From Raillietiella orientalis (taxonomy: Eukaryota): 64,000 nucleotides of DNA. Shown piece by piece: positions 1 through 11,572 of this stretch; within the stretch, counting starts at the first letter, position 1; each line of letters begins with the position of its first letter. Made by a program: the position numbers and the translations under genes. The notes beneath the pieces were generated by a model that was not told the DNA's origin, did no database searches, and worked only from the letters and a program-made list of their open reading frames with translations. The stretch lies in NCBI GenBank assembly GCA_036172245.1, contig JAYWIR010000067.1:310001-374000 (forward strand). The letters are read 5' to 3'.

Positions 1-268
1 CGCGGGCAAATCATCTGCCCTGCCGGCTGGAAACCGTCGTCTCATCCACGTAGGGAGGGGAACCGAGCTGCTTCCGGAGGGGTGGCAATGACTCGGAACT
101 ACTTGTTCCTGTCCCTTCCACACTGTGGGGTGAAGGGAGATCCCGAGTCCGTCTCAAGAGCGTGTGTGCTCCGCGGCGCGGTGGTGGCCTCAGCCTTCTA
201 ACGCTGGAGCGCTTGGATCTGGAGCTCCAATGAAGAACCTTGACGCTAGTGGCTAAGCTCTTGAGCAT
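1..268 (+). mobile_element. Probable structured 3' terminus of a family B LINE
   Basis: Ends in GCTCTTGAGCA, the terminal motif of other family B copies; inverted pairs CTCAAGAGC (153-161)/GCTCTTGAG (257-265) and CTAGTGG (246-252)/CCACTAG (269-275). Confidence 0.4.
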
Positions 269-269
269 C

Positions 270-2173
270 CACTAGTGCGAACTGGCACGCCTCCTGGTCA
301 GAAGAGGCGCCCGCTGCGAGGGACTCTTCTTAACTTGCACGGCATCGCCGCAATGTGGCCTATTGCGGGCTACAAATGCGACTCCTAGCTGCAGGGAAAA
401 CCCATGGATCTCCTGCTGCCCCGCGAACGGTAGTGCCTGGTAGCAGGAAACCGTTCGCACACGGGTCAAGAACAACGAAGCGAGCCCGGGGATGCGAGCC
501 CCCGACTGCTGCATTTCTTCTGCAACAATTACTCTCTGCAGTACGTCATCGTGCAGCCCACCACGTGTGCGTGGGCGCGAAGAACCTCCCTAGCCGCGGC
601 ACTGCCCTTCCTCAGGAAGAAGGTCAGTAACCAGCTGGCCAAATGGGAGGCCAGTTGCGAAATGGGTCTTTGGAGAAAGGAATTAGGCGGCTGGACCACG
701 GGCCAGCTAACAGACGCTGCGACCCCAAGTGCCCCACGCGGTCCAACGTAGTCTCCAGATCCCTTGCACGAGCGGCGGAGAATCTGGCGACCACGTTGGT
801 CAGCCGACCAAGGTTGAAAAGAAGGCCTTGAGGCGTCCGGCCCCAGGAAGGAGTCCGAAATCTCAGATTCCGGCCAGGAAACCGGAAGCGCACAGCTGCA
901 CAGCGCCGGAAAGCCGGCCGGAAGTCGAAGACTCCCCGGCTACGCGACCTCACCTGGAGAAGGGATAGAGCCGGCCTCCGGAAGCAAGGCAGCCATGAGC
1001 GTGGGAACACGGGACTTCTCACTGAAGAAAGTCCCGTGCTCCGACACCGAGGAGGAGATGGAGACGGAAGGCACCGCACAGGTGTTCCTGGACTCCGTTT
1101 CACCTGGAAGCGACCTGCCCGCACAGGGGACGGATGCCCCAGCACTAGTTTCCCAGATGTAAATCCCGGGCTCGCCTCTAGCCGGGACAGTCCGTCCAAG
1201 AGACGACAGCAGTCAACCGGCAGGATGGGAGTTTTCCTGCACCAGCGCGGGAAATACAAAACTCCTCGGTGCCTGGGAGACGTTGGTGGATGCTGCCACT
1301 CCACATTCTGTGGCGAAGGGACTCCTTCGGTGGGGAGAACTTCTTAGTGTTGCCCCCGAGGAACTAGTGGTCCCTACCCATTGTGTGGACGGTTTGCTGT
1401 TCCCCCTTACTTGGAAACAGGCCGTACTGCTCTTCATTCACTGGGGATTCCAGTGTAACGAGCGATGGTATCGTGTTTCCGGAGGGACTGCATCCCCGAA
1501 CTGTGCCAGGTGCGGGTCGACGGAGTTAATCCCTCACATGCTTTTGGACTGCGGTGCCCTCCAAGAACTGTGGCGGAGGCTGGCAATAGCACTCTTGCAC
1601 CAGGAGCACACCGCCCGAGACGTGCTGTGACGGTTCTTCGCGCCAAGAGGCCTCTCTGCGGGAGTAATCATCACAACCATGGGTTGCATCCGTGACTTTG
1701 TTGGGGCCCAACAGGGTGCTACAAATCACACGCAGCGAAGAGAGATCACCAGGATGGCAGCCACCTACATCAGGGCGGCTGCAAGGTAGCCTCACCTGGA
1801 AGAGGAAACGAAAGAGGAGATCACCGGCATCCACCGCCGGTTGATGGGCGGTTTGGAACGGCGGACCCGGCAATCCTTGTCCTCTCCCTCCCTTTATTTT
1901 TTTTTTCTTATCCTCCGTCCCCATTCTCTCCGTAACTTCTTTGGTGCTTTTTGTTTCTATCCCGGTGAATACGAAGAGAAAGCAAAGATCCTTGTCCCTC
2001 CCACCTACCTTGTTTTTGTTGTCCCCTTGTCCCTCCCCCGTTCCGGACTTTCCGCTTTCCCGGCCTGAGTGCCAGTGGACCCTCCCCTTTGTTTCTTGCT
2101 GTCTTCTGTTGGGAACTTTGTTCCCAGCTGGTTTAGTTTCATAAAATAAACGCCCCGGCATGACTGGGTGAAA
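270..2173 (+). mobile_element. 3' part of a degenerate L1/Tx1-like LINE (family A), interrupted at about 770-1260
   Basis: ORF2 C-terminal remnants WKQAVLLFIHWGFQCN...CARCGSTELIPHMLLDCGAL (zinc-binding region after RT), T-rich 3' UTR, AATAAA (2145-2150) plus terminal hairpin; homologous to 4200-5330 and to the minus-strand copies at 41880-42400 and 52356-54000. Confidence 0.8.
780..1260 (-). pseudogene. Decayed KilA-N-like remnant with upstream hairpin, inserted in a family A LINE
   Basis: LLQVRSR..FRPAFRR, TPQGLLFNL and, in the adjacent frame, TLVG*PTWSP; 14-bp stem-loop at about 1003-1041. Confidence 0.45.
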
Positions 2174-5100
2174 TACTTCAACATATGCCTCCTATCAGGT
2201 GCACCGAACGGAAGCGCCAATCTGGTCAAAGAGTTGTGCACGGCAATGCACGCGCGCAACTTGTTGACCGGACAAGCCAGGATGGCGGAAAGCATCGACC
2301 ACGTGTTCCTCGACAACCATCTGAGCGTACGGGTGGGTAATCGTGGCGCGATACGGTCGACGCTGCCTGACCACTCCCGGCTCGTGGTCGAAATCCATCC
2401 GCGCGACAGGAGTCCTCCCTCCCAAGCGTGGCGTCTGCCAGGCGACTGGTTGAACCTCGCAGCAGTAGCGGAGCATCTCCGCACATTCCTGGTTCGAGCT
2501 GCGGACACTCGAGGACTCGAGAATTGAAACGCTCAGTTCGCGAGTTCTGCGACCAGTTCCCCGTGGACCGTCTTCCTCCAGGTTGCAGCGAGAAATTAAG
2601 GAACGAAAGGGCGTACCTACACTCCCGTAGCTATTCCAGAAATCCCGTCGTCCGACGCCTGGCGGAGCACAAAGATGGGACTGAGAGGCAGGCCTGGCAA
2701 TCAACTTGCTAGACGACCAGGGACAGGAACACTCGGCTCCAGCTCAGGTAAGCAGCATCGTTTGCGATTTCCACTCCTTGTATGCGAGGGTACTCCCAGA
2801 GCGCGACTTTGCGCAGCGTTTGCTGCTAGAGGGCTCGCCAGCGTTAGGGTAGGAGGAACAAAGAAGCCTCGAAGAACCTTTCACAATAGAGGAGATCATC
2901 TTCGCTATCGGACAGCTCAAAAGTTTCAAGGCACAAGGGGAGTACGGCCTGCCCGCGAAACTTTACCAATGCTTTGCTACAGAACTTGATGCCCTGGTAC
3001 ATCAGCTATGCACGCTGATCCGTGAACAGGGAGAGGTGCTCGCCTCGTTCCGGTCAGCAAAAGTACGTCTCCTACCCAAAGCAGGGGACTTGCGCAACGT
3101 GGACGACTGGCAGCTGATCACAACGCGGACGCCAAGTTGCTTGCCAAACTGTGGAAGGAGCGACTGGGCGGGTGGCCGAATCCGTGATCAGTCCGGAACA
3201 GACGTACTCTGTTCCCGGACGGACCATGGAGGCCAACCTGTTCCTCGCGAGCACATGTTAGCAGTTGCAGCAGCGGGTATAGCCAATGGTCACGAGAATC
3301 CTGAATTCTCCTTTGACCAGGGAAGGGGAGGTCACCGAGGATCAGACGTGCCTGGAGCCCTTGCGGTCGCAGTCGATCTGCTTAAAGCTTTCGACTGTGC
3401 CGACCAGAAACTCCTTCTGGAGCTCCTGGAATGCATGGGATTCCTGGCCGTGTTCCTGGTCCATCTGCGTTCCTGCTGGCGCTTGGCACTAAGCATTTGT
3501 TTCAACGGCCGGCACGTGTACGGCGTGCCCGTTCGCTGCGGCATAAGGCAGGGTGGTAGCCTGATCCCCTGCACTTCAGTATCTACTTTGAGTTGGTGCT
3601 GAGAGCATACAGGGAGACTCTGGTAATCCTGCCGAGCTCGTGCCCGGGCACGCCTGCCGTGCCGGCTTACCCAGACGATCTGCTGCTGCTCCTCCCCATG
3701 TCCACCCCGGCTTCTGTACCCAAGTGATTCTTCGGGTTGCTCAGTCGCGAGATCGGACTGGAGGTGAACAGGGCAAAATCGTCCGTAGTGCGTGTCGGTG
3801 CGACGTGGGCTGGACGGTCTGACTGGATCCGCTTGGGGATCCTCATAGGCGGGTACTCCAAGTACTTGACGTTCCGTTGGATGACTTCTGCGTGGCAGGA
3901 ATCTGGTCTGACCGTCTCTAAAAGGTAGAGATAGCGCTCAGTTCGCTACAGAACGGCAAGTTCTGCTTGTCGGAACGGGCCGCGGTGTGGAACTCGTTTG
4001 CGGCTCCCCTCCTCCGCCCCCCCGCTTTTTGTTTTTCCTCGCCCCACCCGACATCAGGAAAAGAACCGAGGACCTCCTGAGGAAAGTCCTTTGGGGCACA
4101 GAGAGGTCCTTAGTTCGTTAAAAGAATTGTGTGCTCTGCATATGGATGGAGGACTGGACCTCCTTACGTTGAAGAGGATGAAGCGTCAGCTCCAGCTTAG
4201 AAAGCTCGCCCTCGTGGCGAGACTATGGATAACGCCTTGGTGCACACCAACACGTCTCCTCTCGAAGAGCGCAATAGGCTGCGAGGGACTCACATTCCTC
4301 CTCGTCGCCCTCGGGAGATTGCTAAGGCATTGAGAATACCAACTCCTCCAGATAGTTGCCCTGGTGGAGAACACCTGGATGTTTTGCTTCCCCGCGAGCT
4401 GCACTGCCTAGCTTCAGGAGCTGGTCTTCTCCTGAGGAAAAGTCCACGGTGCGATCCACGGAGGCGGAGCACGCCTGTCCTCCCTAAGGGACGCAAGGGA
4501 CAGGGAAATCCCGGCAAGTGGATGGTTGGAAGAGACCCCGAGTGTCCCACCCCACGGACTTGCACGCTGAGGAGAGATGCTCGGCATCCTCCAGAGGATT
4601 TGAAGTAACCCCCATCGTGCTGGAACAGTGGCATCCTTCCCCTCAAGTGGCAAGAGCTTGCACCGCTGGTGTTGCATGGGAGAATCCTGTGAAAAGCACG
4701 CCTCCACCAATGGACACGGAGGAGCTTGGGCGCTCGATGCTGCAGGTGTGGGAAGGAGGAGACCCTCCCGCACCTGCTGTTGGATTGTGCTGCCCTCCCA
4801 ACCCTTTGGGATCGTCTCGCGGCGACCCTAGGATCCCCTGTGGGTGGCCGCAGAGACATTTTCAGATGCCTCTCCGTGCGTGGTGACACACTGCCGAGTC
4901 CCTCGCAGTTCTCCTCTGCATCCGCAGAATAGTGGCAGACTGGAATGCGGGAAGAAGAGGTTGAAATAGGAGCAACGCCGTCCACTGGGCACGGATCTTC
5001 CTGGGACCGCCTCGAGATGACCCCATCTGGGCGTTATGCGGACGGAACATGCTGGCATCCTGAAAACAGGATGCAGAGAACGCCTAGCAGCGTACAGTGA

Positions 5101-5330
5101 TCCCTTCCTCGGTCCCCTGCCTCCCCGTGTATAATTTTCCCTCCCCTGTTTTGCTGGTTTATTTTTTGTGTTTTGTTTCCCCTTCCCTCATGCCGCCGAA
5201 GCGGAGCTTGTCGGTCTGCGTGCCGGTCTTCGGCAGGCTCATTGCACGTGGTAGAACCAACGGTTCGACCACAAAACTGTACTTTTATCACTCTGTGTAA
5301 TGAGTGCCCCGGCATAACCGGTTGATAATC
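2174..5330 (+). mobile_element. 5'-truncated, frameshifted L1/Tx1-like LINE (family A): end of APE endonuclease, RT, C-terminal zinc motif, 3' UTR
   Basis: SIDHVFL..LPDHSRLVVEI (endonuclease end), VRLLPKAGDLRNVDDW, AVDLLKAFD, GIRQG, AYPDDL (3665), LHMDGGLDL, CCRCGKEETLPHLLLDC; many stops and frameshifts. Confidence 0.9.
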
Positions 5331-5399
5331 TTCCGTTCCTGCGTCCTCTTTCCGATTGCCTCCATCCTGCAAAATGAGCAGTGCCCATCCGGGCATCGG

Positions 5400-6352
5400 G
5401 AGTTTCCTGCATGTCCGCTTCCCTACGGTTGAAGTCGCTGTGGCCTGGTGGCGCAGCGCACAGGTCTGTCCTGATTAGGATGTTCCTTGACGGAGGCGGA
5501 GGAATACCTTCGCTGCTCTTTCCTGGACTATGCCAACGCTGAAGGGGAAGCTCTGCCTCGCAATACTATCGAGAGGTGCTCCTCCTGCAGTCCCCATGGG
5601 CTTCCGAGCCCGCTCCCGAGGTGAGAAGTCCCCACGCAACCTCGGGAGCAACCGAAAGCCCCGAAGCGGACGAACGTAGGACAGCTAGCGGGATGCGACC
5701 TCACTGAGCATGATGGATCCCATGGAACTGCGCCACCAGCGAGAGTCCTTCTTCGCACTGCATGAGTGCGGCAGCAGCATCAACACGACTCCACGCATTC
5801 AGATGCAGTGTGACGACCTTCCTGTCAGGATGGGAGGCGTCGGTGACACTCACTTAATACCCCTGCTTAGGTGTTTGTTTCTTCTGCGGGGGCTTTCTGC
5901 CCTCGACGAGGATGCCAGAGGTGCTGCGCCGCGTCCATGCCATCGCCGCAGCCCTCCCTGAAGCAGGGGACAAGCCAGGAAGACGAGGAAACCATTCTTC
6001 TGGCCATGGCCATGGTGCGTCATCAGTTCACCTGAAAGCAGACCACAGAGACGAGATGGTCCGCATAGTGCTGGCTCCCCAGAAGTTCCTTGAGCTGGAT
6101 TGTATGAGTGCTGGTGACCTTGTACCTATCTCTCCCCTTCAACCGTGTACATGTTCGTGTGCTACTCTGTTTTATTGCCGTTTCGCGTGTGCAGACCTCT
6201 CCCCGGGCTTGGGAGGACTATCGGAGCTTCCTCCACCTAATGGCACGATGGCTGTTCCTCGTTGGACCCTCCTGAGTGCTCGGGAAGAAAATGAGGAAAA
6301 TTCAGGCAGAGGAGGTGAGGTCACTCCGAAACATCCCGCATCTCCTTGAGCA
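5400..6352 (-). pseudogene. Decayed KilA-N-like plus second-domain cassette preceded by a family B structured region
   Basis: Minus-strand remnants LVSVVCFQVN, MDAAQHLWH, TPKQGY*V, LNAWSR, PFSVGIVQERAAKVFLRLRQ align in order with the plus-strand ORF at 58846-59540; 6200-6352 resembles the reverse complement of about 8480-8560 and ends TCCTTGAGCA. Confidence 0.55.
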
Positions 6353-6479
6353 CTGACATAATGAACGCTGCTTGTTAGGGTGAGGCCCAGCATCAGTCTC
6401 ACTAGAAATCGATCCCGGTTTCGAGTCAGGCTGATGGGGATATCCCTCCTAGTAGCGATCTTTACTGTGGTAGAAGAGC

Positions 6480-6830
6480 CTTGTGATGGAAGGTTGAGTG
6501 GCAGAAAAAGAAGGCCGGGTTGACCATCAGGTCGGAGGGCTCTTCGGTGGATGGACCGCATCGGCAAAGCTGCCTTAAAGGCTCGGTCCTCCTGTGGGAC
6601 CCATCGTAGTAGTGGTTTCCGCGCGGTCTCGATCCTCTCGTTGCTGCAGGAAAGGAGCCTCGCCGGACTTCTTGCAGCTTGGGAGACAAAGTGAGTACCT
6701 TCTGCTGAGGTTCAGGGGTCTACGGAAAGGCGGGACGCTGTCAGGAAACTGCGAGATGTTTCTTGGTTTGCCTCCGCTGCCAGACCACTGACTCGGGCAG
6801 GAGGAATTGTGGAAGGAAGGCAGCAAATGA
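6480..6830 (-). pseudogene. Decayed KilA-N-like remnant
   Basis: SFHNSS..GGKPRNISQFPDSVPPFRR and GQPGLLFLPLNL resemble the copies at 780-1000 and 7690-7940. Confidence 0.35.
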
Positions 6831-6899
6831 AGGGAAATCGGGAGGAGTGAGACGGGATCGCAGCTCAGTCCCGCCGCGCCTTCATTCCTCGTTGCGAAT

Positions 6900-7700
6900 G
6901 AGAGCAGTCTGATCGTGTCCCCTTATCGAGGAGAGAAACGGGGGGGAATGTGATCTACCAGCCCTTCCGTCCTCGGGTCCGATGCGGAGAGTGCAGAGAC
7001 TCAACGCAGGACTGCCGTCGGGGCGAAAGTCTGTCTTGGACGAAGCAGTGCCCCAGCAACTCCTCGAGGATGTCGAAGCAGGGCAGCCAGCGGTCATCCC
7101 GAACTGCTCCGAGGAGCGCCTCAGTCTGGGAGCAGGCGCGAGCAGCTTCCGTGCTCCTGGTGCGGCTCGGAGATGCCGGTGCCCCCCCCCCCTCTTGCGC
7201 ACAAACCCCCAGTGCGAGAAGAGAGACGCCTCACGTGCCGCTGCCACCTCACAGTGATGGGGCGCGGAGTTGTTCAAACACGGAGAGGGGATGGCAAGTT
7301 CCGGAAGCCCCTGCCTCCGGGAAGAGGTGGCGCATTTCCAACATCCATCGCCTTCGCGACATCCAGTAGATGCATCGCTGAGCTGGATCGCACCGACCGG
7401 GACTGGCAACCCTTCGTGAGTCACGACCTCGTCCAGGAAGTTGGAGCGAGGAAAGATGGAATAGAGAGGAAATGCGGAATGGCAGGGATAATTTTGAAGA
7501 GATGGTGGAGAATCCTCCATCATCGTTTGTGCTTATCCCAAACAAACAGAGATTGCACGCAGCCAGATGCGAATCACGAACCCTTGTGGCGTGGTTGCTA
7601 AGCAGCAATTTTCCAATGCGAGTGCTTGTCATTGCGCGTGGCTACTCGACACGTCCGGACGCCTACAAGAATTCAACTTGTGGATGCAGAGGATGTGCAC
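6900..7700 (+). pseudogene. LINE ORF1-like remnant: degenerate zinc knuckle followed by a KilA-N-like segment
   Basis: VIYQPFRPRVRCGECRDSTQDC (knuckle-like), DRDWQPFVSHDLVQEV, then RTLVAWLLSSNFPMRVL, similar to RRLVAWLVTKELPL at 63940-64000 upstream of a LINE endonuclease. Confidence 0.5.
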
Positions 7701-7940
7701 GTGGATAGTACGAAGCGAAATAAATAGGTAGGGAAAGCCGGTGGATGTTTTTTCATCGTGTTGCAAATGGGGGGCAGCTTTTTGTTTGGAGGGATATCCC
7801 CGGCTTGAAAGCTGGTAGGAAGTAGCTTTTGGATAAGAATTGGGACCATGGTCGGTCGCTCACCTGCAGGAACACGCCGCTACACGTAGACATAAGCCGA
7901 ATGCTCTGCTCCAGAGGCGTGGCACATTGCCCCGACAAGC
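7690..7940 (-). pseudogene. Decayed KilA-N-like remnant
   Basis: SAYVYV / SGVFLQVSDRPWSQFLSKSYFLPAFK; also similar at the DNA level to 6005-6045 (caggtga..g.accatgg). Confidence 0.45.
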
Positions 7941-8245
7941 GTGAGTCCCGAGCGTACGGCGAAGCTACGAATCGAAAAACGTAGAATTTGGTCGTTGTTT
8001 TTCTTTATTTTGAACTTCATCCGATAGGGGACTGCTACTTTTCGGGTGAAATCCTGGGAGTTGATCGGTGGGACGGAACGCTTTCCAGGCGGTGCAGTTA
8101 GAGGAAGCCCTCGTGGTTCGTTTGCTTGGTGTCTCGGTGTCTGCTGCTGCGGCGAGTACAGTTCCCATCTGCCCTTGCTGAGTTTTGTGTGATCGGCTTC
8201 CAATTCCGGGAATCCCAGAAGGGCGTGGCATCGGCAATGCTATTG

Positions 8246-9217
8246 TGGTTCGCTAAGTGCGCCTCAAGAGCCGGTCGCATGCCTCGCGGCGCACCTGGCC
8301 CTTTTAAACACACTGTTTTCTTTACACGCCACTCCGCCTGCGGCAGCCCGCAAGGGGGGCGTGTAAATTCTTCAGGATAGGAGCACCCCTGGATGGAGGA
8401 GTCCGCCCTATGAATCCAGGAAGGGCTCGGAGTCCGTTCCTCTCACGCTTCGGAAAGGATGCCCTCCGGATGGGGGGGATCGCACCTCCCACCCTGGTTG
8501 TCTCCGAAGGGGAACCCCGAAGAGAATCTCATTCCTCATTTTCTCCTGAGGGAAACCCCCTGATGGGAAAGGTGGTCCTCTCCATTTCATCTTTTCCTAA
8601 GGGAACCCGCCAGGGAACCGCTCCTGTTCACTCCTCTGAAGAGAATCTTGAAGGGACGCTCCCGAAACTCAGAAGGGGCGCTGCAGCGGTCCTCCTGCAA
8701 CAGGGGGGGGTCCGCTCCTTTGAACAACTGGAGATGTGCCCGTGAGGGCTCCTGCTCCATCTTGAAACCGGAGCGTTCCCCCGGTGAAGGGGGTCTGCTC
8801 GCCGTTGCACGACCGGAGGGGGAACTCCCCACTCCTTTATTCCTGGGAAGACCCGAAGGTCGACTCCCCTTGTTCCGGCCTTCATCGGGGGCCTCCGGCT
8901 TAATCCACCGCCGGTGCCACACGCGGAAGCCTTAACCACAAGGCCTTCGACGCGGGATTGGATAAAGGCCTCTGCGCTGTTGTGGTACTTTGAGCAGAAA
9001 GTCATTTTTTTTTTATTTTTTCTTTTTTGTTGCTGCTCAAGGATAGAGTCTTGAAAGGTTCCTTCGAAAGATCTCAGTGAATGGCTAAGAGCAAGTGCAA
9101 GGTGACAAACGGTACTTAGTTGGTCACTCGGAACGGTCAAAAGGTGTGCACTCGAAATCCACATCGATGTACCCGGCAAAATATGGTCCTGTGCTCCCAT
9201 TTCCTGTTCTCATCGTT
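8246..9217 (-). mobile_element. Hairpin-rich family B terminal region (composite), duplicated at 57857-58611
   Basis: Begins TGGTTCGCTAAGT..CTCAAGAGCCGGTCGC as at 57857; 8870-9217 reads identical to 58264-58611; CTCC(T/C)TTATTCCTGGGAAG is shared with about 17375-17395. Confidence 0.8.
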
Positions 9218-9289
9218 TCGGAAAGCTACGAAACCTCTCCACCTTTCATTTGAAGGATTACCGGGAAAGTGGAACAGGGTTCCCCTACA

Positions 9290-9620
9290 AGAGGCACGTG
9301 GACACGTTTCAACGTGTTCTCAATTGCAAATTGGCTAGCCTTTTAGCAAATGCTCGCCTGGCTTTGAGGCCCCGCCGAAAATCAGCTCGGTTACTTACCT
9401 GAAGTGAACCCATTTGAATCCGGGGTCCCGGCAAGCACGTGTTAGCAGCCGTAGCCGTGCCTCTTAGCACGTGCGTTGCGTAGCGCACGAAGATGCGAGT
9501 GCTGCCACGCACGCAGGTAGGAGATGCAGAATCCACACGTTCCGCAGGCAAGCAGATTAGCACGCAGCCCCGGACACACATTGATCCACCTCGGGAGCAA
9601 CTTGACTGATACGGGAGGAA
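9290..9620. pseudogene. Two converging KilA-N-like fragments (+ about 9290-9340; - about 9340-9620)
   Basis: Minus: LLPRWINVCPGL..SYLRAW and DPGFKWVHFR*VTELIFG; plus: GHVSTCSQL / RFNVFSI, with ggacacgttt..caa shared with 55557. Confidence 0.35.
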
Positions 9621-10399
9621 CCGGCCAACAAGAAAATAGATGCATGGCTGTCTGTGCGTATAGGGCAAGAAAACCGGGATCAAATTGCAAACCGTTTCCC
9701 TCCACCCGGCCTCCAAGAACTCATAAACGTACAATCAAACACGGCTTAAATGTAAGGGGTGATCCATAATTTATGAAGTCCTGACAGCTGACTGCTCAAC
9801 TTTGTTGCATTAATGTACCGAAATATAAACAGCATCCGAAAGCGGATTAAGGCATCACACACCGCGACCATCGCAGGCGAATGGGAGGCACAGGGCCACC
9901 CCGGTCCCCACCCTGGCAAACCCTGACCAGGGCAGGGCAGTCTGGGGAGGAGGGGGGTTGCGTGTTTCTGAGTCCGTCCCGGAAATGTAGGAACTTCAGT
10001 TTCTTGAAAGCCAAAAGAAGAGGGGGAGGGGGGGGGAACTTATTGGATTCATAACTCAAATATACTTTTCCTTGCATGTGTTATACTTACACTCTATATC
10101 ATCCGAAAGCAGGAAGAGAAATCTGCATAAAACCAATTTTGGCAAATAGAGGCTCTTCTTATGGATGGCAGGCACCCACTCATATTTTTTGGGCATCTTC
10201 CATTTGTAATCTCAAATCCAATACCATTCTCCCCGTCCCCTCTCTTCCTCGCCGTCCCAGGCTTTCCCCATCGACTACATCAAAGTACTTCACGCGGAAC
10301 TGAAATCTTTGTAATGCTGTTCTCCAGAGCTTTTCTCCGCTAAAAACTGTATCGAAAAATATGGCGTGAAAAGTACTTTCCATATTTCACCACTAATCT

Positions 10400-11257
10400 G
10401 TGGGCAAACCCGGAATTCCTTGTTTGCGTAAAATCGCACTGCATGCGAAGCGAGCCCGCTGGCAATTGCTTCAAACACTTCAGTCGAGTACGTTTCACCA
10501 AGAAAACAAAGTAGCAACGTTTCTGTTTGGGCCTGCTGTTCCCAAATTCGGGGAACAGAATGGAGGCAAAAACGAAAAACTAGCCGTGAAACGAAAACTC
10601 TACTTTGAACGATTCTGTGTCCACCAAAAAGAAAAAGGGGATGGAGGCTGGGGAGTTCACATACTTAGTGGGAAGACAATCTGTCTGCAATAGCCCACTG
10701 ATAAGAACAGCAGGAAAACAATTCCCACCTGGTGATCTCAGATTCGCAGTTCAAGGGGGGCACTGAATGGTTGAAGAAAGTTATGAGGTGCGGGAGCACC
10801 GTGTGTTTGATGCAACTGCTTCAAAGGGATCTGTTGATCAGCTTGGACAACCGCACTGAAATTCGTGACACTGCAGCAGCACCTCACCACGACCGATGCA
10901 AAATGATACGTCCCCACACCACACAGAAACCTCGTGAACGAAGAACAAGTTCAATCATCTTGTTGCGAGGAAACACTGCATCCAAAGAGGTGAATGACAA
11001 CACCTGTCATTCGTGACACTGCAGCTCAGCCCAGAAGTAACGGCCAAAGCCAAAGACCCCTTTCCCCCAAAATCCCCCCCCATATTTTTATTTATATTTT
11101 TTATATATTTATTTGTGGTCCCCTCCCTCCCATTCCGGACTTTCGGTTTTAACGACGTGCGTCGGGGAGCCCTCCCTTCGAACTCCTGTACCCTTTGTCT
11201 GGGAACTTTGTTCCCAGATAGTTTAGAAATAAACACCCTGGCGCACCCAGGTGAAAA
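10400..11257 (+). mobile_element. Internally deleted family A derivative: KilA-N-like remnant joined to the LINE 3' end
   Basis: EFLVCVKSHCMRSEPAGNCFKHFSRVRFTK (about 10414-10503), FCVHQ; then VMRCGSTVCL zinc-motif relic, T-rich UTR, CTGGGAAC-TTT-GTTCCCAG hairpin, AATAAA (11228-11233) and terminal hairpin as at 2110-2173. Confidence 0.65.
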
Positions 11258-11572
11258 GCAGCTCAGTCTGGTGAGAACAAATCTAAGTAAACTGCTTTGC
11301 CACATGAACACAAGATATGCTTACTTCCCTGTGCTTCCTGTTATGGACACTATCAAACCATAAATACATTGAAACAACTACACACACACAAAAGGAAAAA
11401 TAATACTTCAAAGAGATGATCATTAAACATGGATATACCAATGAAAGCACAAAGAGAATTTCCAAAACAGCAATCATCTTAACCATAATTGCATTATTAC
11501 ACAGTAAAACGCACATGGAATGTGAGCAATTACACAAGATATTATTGTTCATGAGTAGCATGAATCAGGCAT

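Noticed and set aside
5710..5961. Plus-strand ORF first read as a LINE zinc-motif region
   Set aside because: The minus strand aligns over more motifs, in order, with the 58846 ORF.
8270..8300. CCTCGCGGCGC as an HDV-like ribozyme core
   Set aside because: Could not build the nested pseudoknot or find the J4/2 segment.
8628..9200. Duplicated 190-205 aa ORFs MGAQDHILPG (also 57977-58594)
   Set aside because: They run through a poly(A)-like tail and hairpin region of a repeat; identity reflects DNA duplication, with no recognisable protein motifs.
10861..11025. 17-bp direct repeat ATTCGTGACACTGCAGC at 10861 and 11009
   Set aside because: Probably a local duplication inside a decayed LINE; no element recognised between the copies.
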